Below are positions 10,730 through 22,212 of a DNA stretch of 64,000 nucleotides, in pieces. This stretch comes from Eledone cirrhosa (taxonomy: Eukaryota). The notes beneath the pieces are model-generated. The model searched no databases, was not told where the DNA came from, and worked only from the letters and a program-made list of their open reading frames with translations. The number at the start of each line of letters is the position of its first letter. The stretch's first letter is position 1. The position numbers and the translations under genes were made by a program. The DNA lies in assembly GCA_964016885.1 (NCBI GenBank), contig OZ024764.1, positions 20,398,001 through 20,462,000 of the forward strand. Direction: 5' to 3'.

Positions 10730-11185
10730 AGCTGTCATGGTTAAAGTCGCCTGCAATGATTATGAAGTCATTGTCGTTTGTTATGGCAGTAGTGTGCATT
10801 AAGGACTCGTAATACTTATTCTTAAGTTCGTCTGGCAACCCCGATTGGTGTTCGTAAGATGATATTATTGTGGCAATTGTTTTATTCAGGACTAGTCTGA
10901 GTTTAATTATTCATGCGTTCACCCTGTACACTGAGATTGCCTTATCTACCCATTTGTCAGCTAATGGTATACCTACACCACCCATCCCGTTGTTATTTTC
11001 CCACTCAGAAAAATTTATAGCACTGACTTTTGCCTACAAGGACTCTAGCGAACTCTCCTCTCCACCTAATCTCTTACACACAGCATACATCAATTTCCTT
11101 TCACTCTTACATTTCTACAATTTCTCCTGCCCTTCCATTCATTGTGCTTACGTTGATGGTTCCAACTCAGAGTTTTGGACATTTG
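10730..11185 (-). mobile_element. RTE-clade LINE APE endonuclease domain (pseudogenised)
   Basis: Minus strand translates, with stops and frameshifts, as LRVGTINVSTMNGR...IDVCCV*EIRWRG...MGGVGIPL...IIIAGDFN. Confidence 0.85.
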
Positions 11186-11365
11186 CCATCATTCGTGGGA
11201 AAAGGTGAATTTTTGCAGTGGAGTGTGTATGCTTCCTGTCTGTGAATTAAAATTTAGCATGGGTGCTTAGTAACTCACGGATTCATATTCATTTATTTAT
11301 TCGGGGTTGATTCCATTTATCCTTCGCTCTGCCATAGATAACGGTAAACAAGAATTTTTTGGTGC

Positions 11366-12403
11366 AGGGCTAGAAGGACAGTTGTAGTAATGGCAGAGTT
11401 TGTTGGGGCTGGTAAGGGCTACAAGGACAGTAGTAGTAGTGGCAGAGTTTGTTGGGGCTGGTAAGGGCTAGAAGGACAGTAGTAGTGGCAGAGTTTTTTG
11501 GGGCTGGTAAGGGTTACAAGGACAGTAGTAGTAATGGCAGAGTTTGTTGGGGCTGGTAAGGGCTACAAGGACAGTAGTAGTAGTGGCAGAGTTTGTTGGG
11601 GCTGGTAAGGGGTAGAAGGACAGTAGTAGTAATGGCAGAGTTTGTTGGGGCTGGTAAGGGGTAGAAGGACAGTAGTAGTAATGGCAGAGTTTGTTGGGGC
11701 TGGTAAGAGCTACAAGGACAGTAGTAGCAATGGCAGAGTTTGTTGGGGCTGGTAAGGGGTAGAAGGACAGTAGTAGCAATGGCAGAGTTTGTTGGGGCTG
11801 GTAAGGGCTAGAAGGACAATAGTAGTAATGGCAGAGTTTGTTGGGGCTGGTAAGAGCTAGAAGGACAGTAGTAGTAGTGGCAGAGTTTGTTGGGGCTGGT
11901 AAGGGGTAGAAGGACAGTAGTAGTAGTGGCAGAGTTTGTTGGGGCTGGTAAGGGGTAGAAGGACAGTAGTAGTAATGGCAGAGTTTGTTGGGGCTGGTAA
12001 GGGGTAGAAGGACAGTAGTAGTAATGGCAGAGTTTGTTGGGGCTGGTAAGAGCTAGAAGGACAGTAGTAGTAATGGCAGAGTTTGTTGGGGCTGGTAAGG
12101 GGTAGAAGGACAGTAGTAGTAATGACAGAGTTTGTTGGGGCTGGTAAGGGCTACAAGGACAGTAGTAGCAATGGCAGAGTGTGTTGCGGCTGGTAAGGGG
12201 TAGAAGGACAGTAGTAGCAATGGCAGAGTTTGTTGGGGCTGGTAAGGGCTAGAAGGACAATAGTAGTAATGGCAGAGTTTGTTGGGGCTGGTAAGAGCTA
12301 GAAGGACAGTAGTAGCAATGGCAGAGTTTGTTAGGGCTGGTAAGAGCTAGAAGGACAGTAGTAGCAATGGCAGAGTTTGTTAGGGCGGGTAATGGGTAAG
12401 GAC
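11366..12403. repeat. 49-bp G-rich minisatellite, ~21 copies
   Basis: Unit GGCAGAGTTTGTTGGGGCTGGTAAGGGGTAGAAGGACAGTAGTAGTAAT. Confidence 0.95.
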
Positions 12404-12820
12404 ATGTTGCTGAGATTTGATTGGTCAAATAGCCAATGGTGGTGAGTGGGAAATTGTGAGATAGGTAGCCATCATAACATATATCATCACAGGAGATTCA
12501 GAGGAAATAAGCAGATATAAGTAGGCTTATTAGACAAGGTAGATATGCAAGAATTTTGAAGATGGTCACCTAGCTTCGTAAACACCGAAATGAATGAGTG
12601 GGAGAAAGGGGAGGTAATGGCGGGGGTGAGGGGTGAGTTTGTAGAGAAAGAGACAATGTCCAACATGGTTTATATCAAAAACAAGGTCGAAGTATATACG
12701 TTGTGGAAACAAGTGAATGATAATAATAATGTAAACAGAACATTTTGAAATTGGGGAAGAAAGATAGCTGTAGAATAGAAATAATCTATGGATGTCTTGG
12801 ATATAAGTTATATATAACTA

Positions 12821-13243
12821 TGTTGTGATATCACTGGTGCCAAGCTGTGTCAGCCATTGCCTTTCCCTTGGACAACATATATAGTGTATAATATATATTG
12901 TACACAGTGTATACATATATTGTACACAGTGTATATATAGTGTATATATGTTGTGATGTCACTGGTACCAAGCTGTGTCAGCCATTGCCTTTCTCTTGGA
13001 CAACATATATAGTGTATATATATGTTGTACACAGTGTATATATAATATATATATAGTGTATATATATGTTGTGATGTCACTGGTACCAAGCTGTATCAGC
13101 CATTGCCTTTCTCTTGGACAACATATATAGTGTATATATATGTTGTACACAGTGTATATATAGTGTATATATATGTTGTGATGTCACTGGTACCAAGCTG
13201 TATCAGCCATTGCCTTTCTCTTGGACAACATATATAGTGTATA
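12821..13243. repeat. Tandem repeat (~110-130 bp, 4 copies) of a conserved ~55-bp core with TA/TG-rich spacers
   Basis: Core GTGATGTCACTGGTACCAAGCTGTATCAGCCATTGCCTTTCTCTTGGACAACAT. Two further copies at 62360-62570. Probably a SINE fragment. Confidence 0.8.
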
Positions 13244-13569
13244 TTAGTATATTAGGGAAAAAGTAACGTCTTCGACGCTGGGAAATACGTTACAGGTGTA
13301 AAATTTCCACTGTTAAATCTATCTCTGTATTTTAAGTATTCTCTATTATCTCATACTGTTTCTTTTTTATAAGTCCTATAAGAATGAATTTTTTGCTAAA
13401 CTGCAATAGAGCAAACCTACGATGTGATACAAGGATAACATTTATAGAGCATGCTGGAATACCACTACTTACATTGGAGAGAATTACTCTGGACAGGAAA
13501 GTTGATATCTACAGTTTACCAATATAGAAATATAAAATTTCCACTGTTAAATCTATCTCTGCTTCTTAA

Positions 13570-13589
13570 CTGTTTATTTCTTATTTCAG
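13570..13589 (+). promoter_or_regulatory. Putative 3' splice acceptor upstream of the ZNF coding exon
   Basis: Pyrimidine tract TTTCTTATTTCAG|AATA, conserved in the paralogue (AG at 54771-54772). Confidence 0.4.
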
Positions 13590-13916
13590 AATAACAGATG
13601 ACATTGGGATAAATTATTATTTTCAATCTTGGATACACATCACCTCTATTTATCATCATTTGAAGACTAAAACCTTCTAAACAGAACTTATATAACGCTG
13701 TTTATATAAATCTGTCATTGAATTACTTATTATTTTCCTCCCTATGTGATATTTTTGTATTTTAACTAAACTTGCATGAAACATAAGTTTGTATTATCTT
13801 CAGATGTTAACTGAAATCACAGTTGAGGGAAATATAGAAGATATATATTTTAGGAATATAATATAAGAAATATTACAAGAAAAAAATTTGTATATTCTGT
13901 TGAAGAAAAAATCATT

Positions 13917-15938
13917 ATGCAAAATAAACTGAGTGTGGAGATTGAATGTGAAACACAAATGTTTAGTATTACTGGTACAATGACAAAGGTTAGAGAAGAG
14001 AAGCCATATCACTGTGATATCTGTGGTAAATCAGTCAATAAAAGTAGTACCTTAATTATTCACAAACGAATACATACAGGAGAGAAGCCATATCACTGTG
14101 ATATCTGTGGTAAATCATTCTCTGACAGTGGTACCTTAACTAGACACAAACGTACCCATACAGGAGACAAGCCATACCACTGTGATATCTGTGGTAAATC
14201 ATTCTCTCAAAGAAGTCACTTAACTAGCCACAAACATATACATACAGTAGACAAGCCATACCACTGTGATATCTGTGGTAAATCATTCTCTGATAGTAGT
14301 AGCTTAACTAGCCACAAACGTATACATACAGGAGACAAACCATACCACTGTGATATCTGTGATAAATCATTCTCTCAAAGTGATGATTTAACTAAACACA
14401 AACGTACCCATACAGGAGAGAAGCCATACCACTGTGATATCTGTGGTAAATCATTCTCTCTAAGTAGTAGCTTACCTAGCCACAAACGTATACATACAGG
14501 AGACAAGCCATATTGCTGTGATATCTGTGGTAAATTATTCTCTCAAAGTAGTCACTTAACTAACCACAAACGTAACCATACAGGAGACAAGCCATACCAC
14601 TGTGATATCTGTGGTAAATCATTCTCTCAAAGTGGTACCTTAACTAGCCACAAACGTACCCATACAGGAGACAAGCCATATCACTGTGATATCTGTGGTA
14701 AATCATTCTCTGTAAATAGTACCTTAACTAGACACAAACGAATACATACAGGTGAGAAGCCATATCACTGTGATATCTGTGGTAAATCATTCTCTGTAAA
14801 TAGTAAATTAACTAGCCACAAGTGTATACATACAGGAGACAAGCCTTATCACTGTGATATCTGTGGTAAATCATTCTCTGATAGTAGTAGCTTAACTAGA
14901 CACAAACGTATACATACAGGAGACAAGCCATATCACTGTGATATCTGTGGTAAATCATTCTCTCAAAGTAGTGCCTTAACTAGCCACAAACGTATACATA
15001 CAGGAGACAAGCCATACCACTGTGATATCTGTGGTAAATCATTCTCTGAAAATGGTACCTTAACTACCCACAGACATATACATACAGGAGACAAACCATA
15101 CCACTGTGATATCTGTGGTAAATCATTCTCTCAAAGTTGTCACTTAACTTCCCACAAACTTATACATACAGGAGACAAGCCATATCACTGTGGTATCTCT
15201 GGTAAATCTTTCTCTGATAGTGGTGCCTTAACTAGCCACAAACGTATACATACAGGAGACAAGCCATACCAATGTGATATCTGTGGTAAGTCATTCTCTC
15301 AAAGTAGTAACTTAACGGTACACATATGTAACCATACTGGAGACAAGCCATATAACTGCGATATCTGTGGTAAATCATTCTCTCAAAGTGGTACCTTAAT
15401 TATTCACAAACGTACACATACAGGAGAGAAGCCATATCACTGTGATATCTGTAGTAAATCATTCTCTAAGGGTACCTTAACTAGACACAAACGTACCCAT
15501 ACAGGTGACAAGCCATATCACTGTGATATCTGTGGTAAATCATTCTCTCAAAGTATTACCTTAACTAGACACAGACGTATACATACAGGAGACAAGCCAT
15601 ACCACTGTGATATCTGTGGTAAATCATTCTCTCAAAGTAGTCACTTAACAAGACACATATATACCCATACAGGAGACAAGCCATACCACTGTGATATCTG
15701 TGGTAAATCATTCACTGAAAGTAATGCCTTAACTAGCCACAAACGTATACATACAGGAGACAAGCCATATCACTGTGATATCTGTGGTAAATCATTCTCT
15801 CAAAGTAGTTCCTTAACTAGCCACAAACATATACATACAGGAGACAAGCCATATCAATGTGATATCTGTGGTATATCATTCTCTTGGAAAAGTAGCCTAA
15901 CTACTCACAAACTCATACATGCAGAGGAGAAATCTTAA
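13917..15938 (+). CDS. Tandem C2H2 zinc-finger protein, 23 fingers, no recognisable effector domain
   Basis: 673-aa ORF made of 28-aa CxxC...HxxxH units with TG(D/E)KPY linkers. Finger 15 has C->S and finger 18 lacks one residue. Confidence 0.95.
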   Translation: MQNKLSVEIECETQMFSITGTMTKVREEKPYHCDICGKSVNKSSTLIIHKRIHTGEKPYHCDICGKSFSDSGTLTRHKRTHTGDKPYHCDICGKSFSQRSHLTSHKHIHTVDKPYHCDICGKSFSDSSSLTSHKRIHTGDKPYHCDICDKSFSQSDDLTKHKRTHTGEKPYHCDICGKSFSLSSSLPSHKRIHTGDKPYCCDICGKLFSQSSHLTNHKRNHTGDKPYHCDICGKSFSQSGTLTSHKRTHTGDKPYHCDICGKSFSVNSTLTRHKRIHTGEKPYHCDICGKSFSVNSKLTSHKCIHTGDKPYHCDICGKSFSDSSSLTRHKRIHTGDKPYHCDICGKSFSQSSALTSHKRIHTGDKPYHCDICGKSFSENGTLTTHRHIHTGDKPYHCDICGKSFSQSCHLTSHKLIHTGDKPYHCGISGKSFSDSGALTSHKRIHTGDKPYQCDICGKSFSQSSNLTVHICNHTGDKPYNCDICGKSFSQSGTLIIHKRTHTGEKPYHCDICSKSFSKGTLTRHKRTHTGDKPYHCDICGKSFSQSITLTRHRRIHTGDKPYHCDICGKSFSQSSHLTRHIYTHTGDKPYHCDICGKSFTESNALTSHKRIHTGDKPYHCDICGKSFSQSSSLTSHKHIHTGDKPYQCDICGISFSWKSSLTTHKLIHAEEKS

Positions 15939-16157
15939 TGCATTGACATCAGTGATAAATCCTCTCAAAATTGTGAATTAATGAGAATACCAATATATAT
16001 CAGTGTAATATCTATGGTAAATCATTCTCTTTCAATGCTACATTAACTTCACACAAACATATACAGGTGGGAAGCCATATCACTTTGATATGTTTGGAAA
16101 ATATATCTTTTAATCGAGCAATCTAACTAAATATATGCATAGATGAGGGAAACCATA
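15939..16157 (+). pseudogene. Decayed zinc-finger units after the stop codon
   Basis: Frameshifted ZF-like sequence (TGTAATATCTATGGTAAATCATTCTCT...AAGCCATATCACTTTGATATG). Also present at 56645-56862. Confidence 0.7.
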
Positions 16158-16310
16158 TCATCATCATCATCATCATCATTTTACGTCCGCCTTTCCCTGC
16201 TTTCAAGGGTGGGATGGGTCCTATTCAGCAACGCATCTCTCCACATGTCGCGGTCCTTCGTCATCTCCACCGTGAGCTTCAAACGTCTGCTCTCGCCACC
16301 TCCACCCATG
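16158..16310 (-). mobile_element. 5'-truncated RTE-type 3' end, antisense in the ZNF 3' region
   Basis: (CAT)n-TTTACGTCC... interrupts a decayed ZF unit. The same insertion is at 56862-57012, and a longer relative is at 52052-52200. Confidence 0.7.
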
Positions 16311-16389
16311 TAAATCATTTTCTAATTTTGGTTTCACTAAACACTAACATATACCTGAGAGGAACCAGATCATTAACTACACATAAACA

Positions 16390-16830
16390 TATACATACAG
16401 CTGGGAAGCCATTTCACTTTGATATATTTGGTAAATCCTTCTCTATATGTTGTGGCTTCACTACACACTAACATATAGGAGAGGAACTATATCACTGTGG
16501 TAAATCCTTCTCTATATGTTGTGGCTTCCCTACACACTAACATACAGGAGAGGAACTATATCACTGTGATGTCTGTGGTAAATCCTTCTCTAAATGTTGT
16601 GGCTTCCCTACACACTAACATATAGGAAAGGAACTATATCACTGTGGTGTCTGTGCTAAATAATTCTCTAAATGTTGTGGCTTCCCTACACACTAACATA
16701 CAGGAGAGGAACCATTTGACTGTGATGTCTGTGGTAAATCCTTCTCTATATGTTATGGCTTCCCTACACAGTAACACATACAGGAAAGGAACTATATCAC
16801 TGTGGTGTCTGTGGTAAATAATGCTCTCGT
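16390..16830 (+). repeat. ZF-derived non-coding minisatellite (78-80 bp units)
   Basis: Repeated CACACTAACATACAGGAGAGGAACTATATCACTGTGATGTCTGTGGTAAATCCTTCTCT... units. Confidence 0.85.
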
Positions 16831-17144
16831 AAAGGTTACTTGATGGAACACAAACACAACCAGACAAGATAAAAACCATGTCACTCACCTAAAATAGTGC
16901 CACCAATGTTGTTAATATCTTGAATAAAACTGTTTTACTAAGAAATTATTCTCCTTTCATTTTATTTGTAGAAGTTTTAACCAAGACTTGTGCTGACAAA
17001 ACTGTATTGTTCAGAATTGACATACGTTATATATATGTGAATGTATGTGTGTAGAAATTTGTACATGTTTGTATCTGTGTTTATATATAAGTATGTGTAT
17101 ATCTGTATTTGATTTATGTATTATGTATGTGTGTATATGTACGT

Positions 17145-17670
17145 CATCTTCATCAACATCATCACTGTTTTTATGTTCGTTTTTCCATGCTTCCTTGGGT
17201 TGGACATGTCCTTCTCAACATGGCATCTTTCAACTTCTCGTGTTCCTTTGTCATCTGCTCTGTGAGAGTCAGTCATTTGAAGTCAGTTCACACAGCCTCT
17301 GTCCAGGTCTTTCTTGGTCTACCTCTACTATGTCTTCCTTCTACTGGGATGTCCTGGCACTTCTTCACCCAGCTGTCATTATCCATGTGTATCACATGTC
17401 CGTACCAATGCAGTCTTCTCTCTTACACATCTCTTAAGTTCCCTCTTAAACCCAGCTTCTCCCTCAACTTGTCCAAGCTCTGCCTTTCTCTCACACTTAA
17501 ATGGCATATCCAATGAAGCATGGTTGCTTCATTCCTCTCCAGTCTACACTTTTTTTCTGCTGTCACAGCCCTTGTGTCACTACCATGCAGCATCACATTT
17601 TATTGGCAGGTGTTATACAGTCATCCTCCACTGCTAATTAAGTCACAGAAGCTATCAACCACTTCTATGT
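17145..17670 (-). mobile_element. RTE LINE 3' fragment (paralogue of 905-1430)
   Basis: Near-identical sequence and ORF-track translations. Confidence 0.8.
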
Positions 17671-18090
17671 GTGTATAATTACTTGTGTATCTTTATGTAT
17701 CTGTGTATATATGTGTATACATCTGCATAGATTTGCAGTATATGATACAGCCGGGAGAACATGTCATATTATCTGGGTCCTTCTAGCAGATTCAGCAAGT
17801 GACACATATATATATATATATTGTATATATATCTATAATATATATATATACATATATATATCGTCAGTCGATCGACCTTCGTCAAATTGGACCGAAGAAA
17901 CAATGCTTCCATTGGTCTTTCCAATTGCTAATACTATCTATTGGTCACAACTCCAGGTAGAAGGAGCAACGTGAAATAAAGTGTCTTGCTCAAGGACATA
18001 ACACATCACCCGGTCCGAGAATTGAACTCAACCTTCCAATTACAAGCCCAATGCTCTAACCACTAAGCCATATATATTATATATATATTA

Positions 18091-18260
18091 CTAGCAGAAT
18101 GGCCCGGAGATCGCTCAATCGCCTAATGTAGTCCCTAGGGCATAGAAAATTTGGAATTTTTCTCCTCAAAACACTCACAGGACCATAAGTATTACATGTG
18201 TAAAGTTTGAAAACAATCGGTTGGGTGGTTCTTGAGTTTTAGGCATTCTCTATTTTAGAT
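18091..18260 (-). mobile_element. Short non-autonomous Helitron (paralogue of 1624-1817)
   Basis: A|CTAGCAGAATGGCCCGG... same sequence as the first copy. Confidence 0.65.
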
Positions 18261-18261
18261 A

Positions 18262-18905
18262 TCATCATTATCATCATCACCGTTTTACGTCCGTTCTTCC
18301 ATGCTAGCATGGGTTAAACGGGTTGTCCTGTTGTGGGCAGTGTCTGGTCGGCTGACCATGCCTTGCTCATAAAGGAACTGATTTGTCTTGATTTTTACAG
18401 CTGGATGCCCTTCCTAACACCAACCTCATTTACAGTGTGGGCTGGGTGCTTTTTCGTGGCACCTCCACGACCACCTTGCAGTGTGAGGGCATATTGTCTA
18501 TATGCTTCAGCTTGTACCCATGGGAGGTCGGGTACTCTGTATTACTGCATGACACCAGAGGTCACGGTCGTGTGTCATCGCCTTTGAGAGGTGTAATTGG
18601 GTAAGGTCGGCTTTTATCACCTCATCCCAGGTCATCTTGGGTCTCCCCACTCCGCGGTTTCTATCGACTTCTAGTGCTCTGCACCTTTTTATGCAGCTGT
18701 CATCCTTCATACGCATCACATGTCCATACCAACGCAACCGAAGTCCTTTTTTACAGAGAGAGAAACCTTTCGTGGTCAACTGTTGCAGTAGCTCTCTAAA
18801 CTTTTTCCATCCTATCCTTATTCTAGCTATTCATCTTTCAGAGCAGCCTCCTCCACTGCTAATTAAGTCACCAAGATTGTAAAAGCAATCAACCACTTCT
18901 ATGTG
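18262..18905 (-). mobile_element. SINE/RTE 3' end plus RTE ORF2 C-terminal fragment
   Basis: LRLRWYGHVMRMKDDSCIKRC...GVGRPKMTWDEVIKADL, with a (GAT)n tail near 18262-18280. Confidence 0.8.
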
Positions 18906-18929
18906 TGTCTAATGACATATATAATTAAG

Positions 18930-19625
18930 CCTGACAATTCCACCACTAAGAGATTTAGTGGGATACATGGTAAGTTAGCTAAGAATGTAGGTTTTACATG
19001 TGGTCATTGCACTGGAGCAGTAAGAAGCAATCACTTTTGGGAGACAAATTCTATCAAATATTTAAAGGGTTCCATAGAAACAGTTGACAGTTTCTGTTAC
19101 CAGGGTGACCAAATTAGCAGTGGAGGTAGGTGTACTGAAAGTACAGAAACCAGAGTAAGAACAAAATGGCAAAGGTTTAGGGTGCTACTATTACTACTAC
19201 TGCTAGCTACAAAAGGTTGTTTCTCCAAATTGATGTGTGCATATGAACAGCAATGCTGCATTGCAGTGAGGACCTCAGAAGATTGGATAGAAATGAAGCT
19301 TGAATTCTCCGATGGATGTGTAATATTAATATACATGAAGGGCAAAGTGTAAATAAACTGAGAGAGAACCTGGGCATGAGAGGGATAAGATACAGTATGC
19401 AGGAGTGTAGATTGCTGTGGTATGGACATCTGATGTGTATGAAGGTAGAGATGTTGTATAAAAGGTTGACTGCTTGAAATTGATGGAAGAAGACCTAGGA
19501 ATGCTTGGTATGAGGAGGTAAAAACTGATCTAACACCATTGTACCTCACCTAGGTGATGACACAGGATTGAAATATCTGGCGTTGTACAGTACTGCAGGA
19601 GACCTGCATTGCCATGTGCACGGGA
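18930..19625 (+). mobile_element. RTE LINE ORF2 fragment
   Basis: ETVDSFCYQGDQISSGG...RVRTKWQRFR and a degenerate LLWYGHLM motif. Confidence 0.75.
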
Positions 19626-19869
19626 TGAAGCAACATTTAGTGGTTTGAAGTATGCTCCAATTTTCTTCCACCCCACGTCTTAACACTCCAACCCCTTACC
19701 AGCTAGGTACCCCACCCTGACCTACCTCTCCAATCCCCACCCTACATACACACAGCCCCACCCCCACTTTCACATCTGATACACCTCTCTTGACCAACCT
19801 ATGTATACAAGTATGGAAAGCTTAACATGCTCTCCTCCAATGCTGCTGAAATGGCAACAAACCCTCAGG

Positions 19870-20370
19870 CAACCCAGTAAGTCCTCTCTGTTCGGTAATA
19901 TGACAAAAGAGCACCTAACCCTCCCTGCAAGGTAGTCATGCTAGTGACATGACAAAAACCACCCAGTCTGCCCTGTGATGTAGACATGACAGGAGGCCTC
20001 TAGCCCACTCAGTAAAGTGGTCATGCTAGTGGCAAGACTGAAGGCACTCGAACCACCCTTCAAAGTAGTCAAATTGGTGACATGACAAAGAGCACCATGT
20101 CTGCTCTCTTAGCTGGTGGTTGTCATGATGGTGACACAACAACAAGCACCCAGTCCACCCTGTAGGTTGGACATGTTAGCAACGCAACAATAAATACCAA
20201 GTCCACCCTGTAAATGTGGTTGGAGTTAGGAAGGGCACCCAGCCGTAGAAACCAACTAGAAATGGTTCTTGCATGAGAAATTCACGGTCATTTGATCTAA
20301 GTTTTCACACAACAGGACAACTCGTCTGACCCATGCTAGCATGTAAAATGGAATTTAAACTGTGATGATG
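19870..20370 (+). mobile_element. SINE 3' part preceded by degenerate ~50-60 bp tandem units
   Basis: Repeated GTCATG..GTGACATGACAAAA..CACCCAGTC..CCCTGT units, leading into GTTAGGAAGGGCACCCAGCCGTAGAAA and a CCCATGCTAGCATG tail. Confidence 0.55.
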
Positions 20371-20409
20371 TATAATATATGAATATACACGTATATATCT
20401 TATATATAT

Positions 20410-20897
20410 GCATAAAAAGGTGCAGAGCACTAAAAGTTGACGGAAGCTGCGGAGTGGGGAGAACGAAGAAGATGTGGGATGAGGTGATAAAAGTCAACCT
20501 TGCCCAATTGAACCTCTCAAAGGTGACGATACAGGACCGTGACCTCTGGCGTCACCAGTAATACAGAAGACCTGAATTCCCACGTGAACAAGCCAAAGCT
20601 GAAACATATAGACAATATGCCCCCATTCACTCCTACTGGAAATTGGTCGTGGAGGTATCACAATAAAAAACATCCAGCCCACACTGTAAAGTGGTCATGT
20701 AGGTGCCACGGTAAAGAATCACCCAGCACTCACTGTAAATGAGGTTGGTTTCAGGAAGGGCATCCAGCTGTAGAAATCAGCCAAGATAAGTTCCTGTATG
20801 AGCAAGGCAAGATCACCTGACCTGGCATTGCCCACAACAGGACAGCCCGTCTAACCCATGCTAGCGTGGAAGAATGGATGTAAAACGGTGATGATAT
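20410..20897 (+). mobile_element. RTE 3' fragment plus SINE-type tail
   Basis: CIKRCRALKVDGSCGVGRTKKMWDEV followed by AGGAAGGGCATCCAGC...GATGAT. Confidence 0.7.
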
Positions 20898-20902
20898 TGA
20901 AG

Positions 20903-21012
<110 letters not shown>

Positions 21013-21791
21013 GAGAGAGAGAGAGAGAAGGAGAATGATATTCTGACGGTCTCCCAGTTTATTCCGAAGTCTGAACAAAATATTTGCTGTTGATTGTATA
21101 ACTAGACTTTGGAGATTTTAAACAAAAAAACTAAGTTCTAATGGATAATATCACTGCTATTTCTAGCAGTTAGAGAGACTACGTAGAGGTTTTCTTATTG
21201 ATATATAATTGATATTTTATTGAGTGATACTTTCTGATTTACAATTATTTAAATACGATTGGAACTGTCTGAATGTATTAAATTATATCAGGGACTTTTA
21301 ACTAATGACACCGTTAAGAGAGTTTAACATTCTTAACGACACCGCGTACCTGCTGTCTTCATTATAACTTTAATTAATCTAATTATATCTTGTGTAACAA
21401 TTATATATATATACACAATTTTAATTCCCCGACATCAGTCTTACACTGTCATATCTATTCTTACTTTACAATTGTGTCTACTAAGAGTTCCATTACAATC
21501 TGTAGTAGTAAAACTACTATTTCACCAGAACATCTGCTGTCAGTCATTTATAGACAATATATATATTTTAGACCACATATCAACCTAATATATATATATT
21601 TCCTATCCTTTGGTTGTTTAGTAACGACTAACAACACAATACATTGATTATATGTGAAGGAGGTAAGTTGACAAAGATTTACTTAATGTCTATATTAATG
21701 TGTGTAAATAATATAATTATTTGAACCTTACAACGATCCAGTAATTAACCAGATTCCACTGTTACATGTGATATAAAATATATCATGACTG

Positions 21792-21997
21792 TCTTTATTA
21801 TTTAAATTACCTCCGTCTATTTAATTATGTGGTTCACTCCCTTACATTATAAAATATAGTTTATATTTAGCTGTACCTTGTTATTGCTTTAAGTAAATTA
21901 AAGATATCTTTATTATTTAAATTACCTCCGTCTATTTAATTATGTGGTTCACTCCCTTACATTATAAAATATAGTTTATATTTAGCTGTACCTTGTT
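21792..21997. repeat. 91-bp perfect direct duplication
   Basis: 21792-21882 equals 21907-21997. Confidence 0.9.
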
Positions 21998-22212
21998 TCA
22001 GGGAAGTTTTGTTCGTTTTAGTCTAAATCTATCTTGATTTAATTTACTTCATCTACACCAAAGGTTCTCAACCCATTTAGGCCAAACGCCCCCTTTTGTC
22101 CCTCGAATTCATGAAACGCCCCCTCCCCCGCCACCCTATTTTTTCACTTTTTCAATATACTACTGATTTTTATATCAGTAGATTACTAAAAAATTGATTA
22201 ACAATATTCCAA

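Noticed and set aside
11468-11779. 103-aa repetitive ORF
   Set aside because: It is a translation of the 49-bp minisatellite cycling through frames.
12821-13243. Repeat-spacer pattern resembling CRISPR
   Set aside because: The spacers are TA/TG low-complexity variants of one another, not unique sequences.
13917-15938. PRDM9 or KRAB-ZNF identity, or direct binding of the neighbouring satellite
   Set aside because: No SET, KRAB or SSXRD sequence is visible, and recognition-code reading by eye is too unreliable to claim a target.
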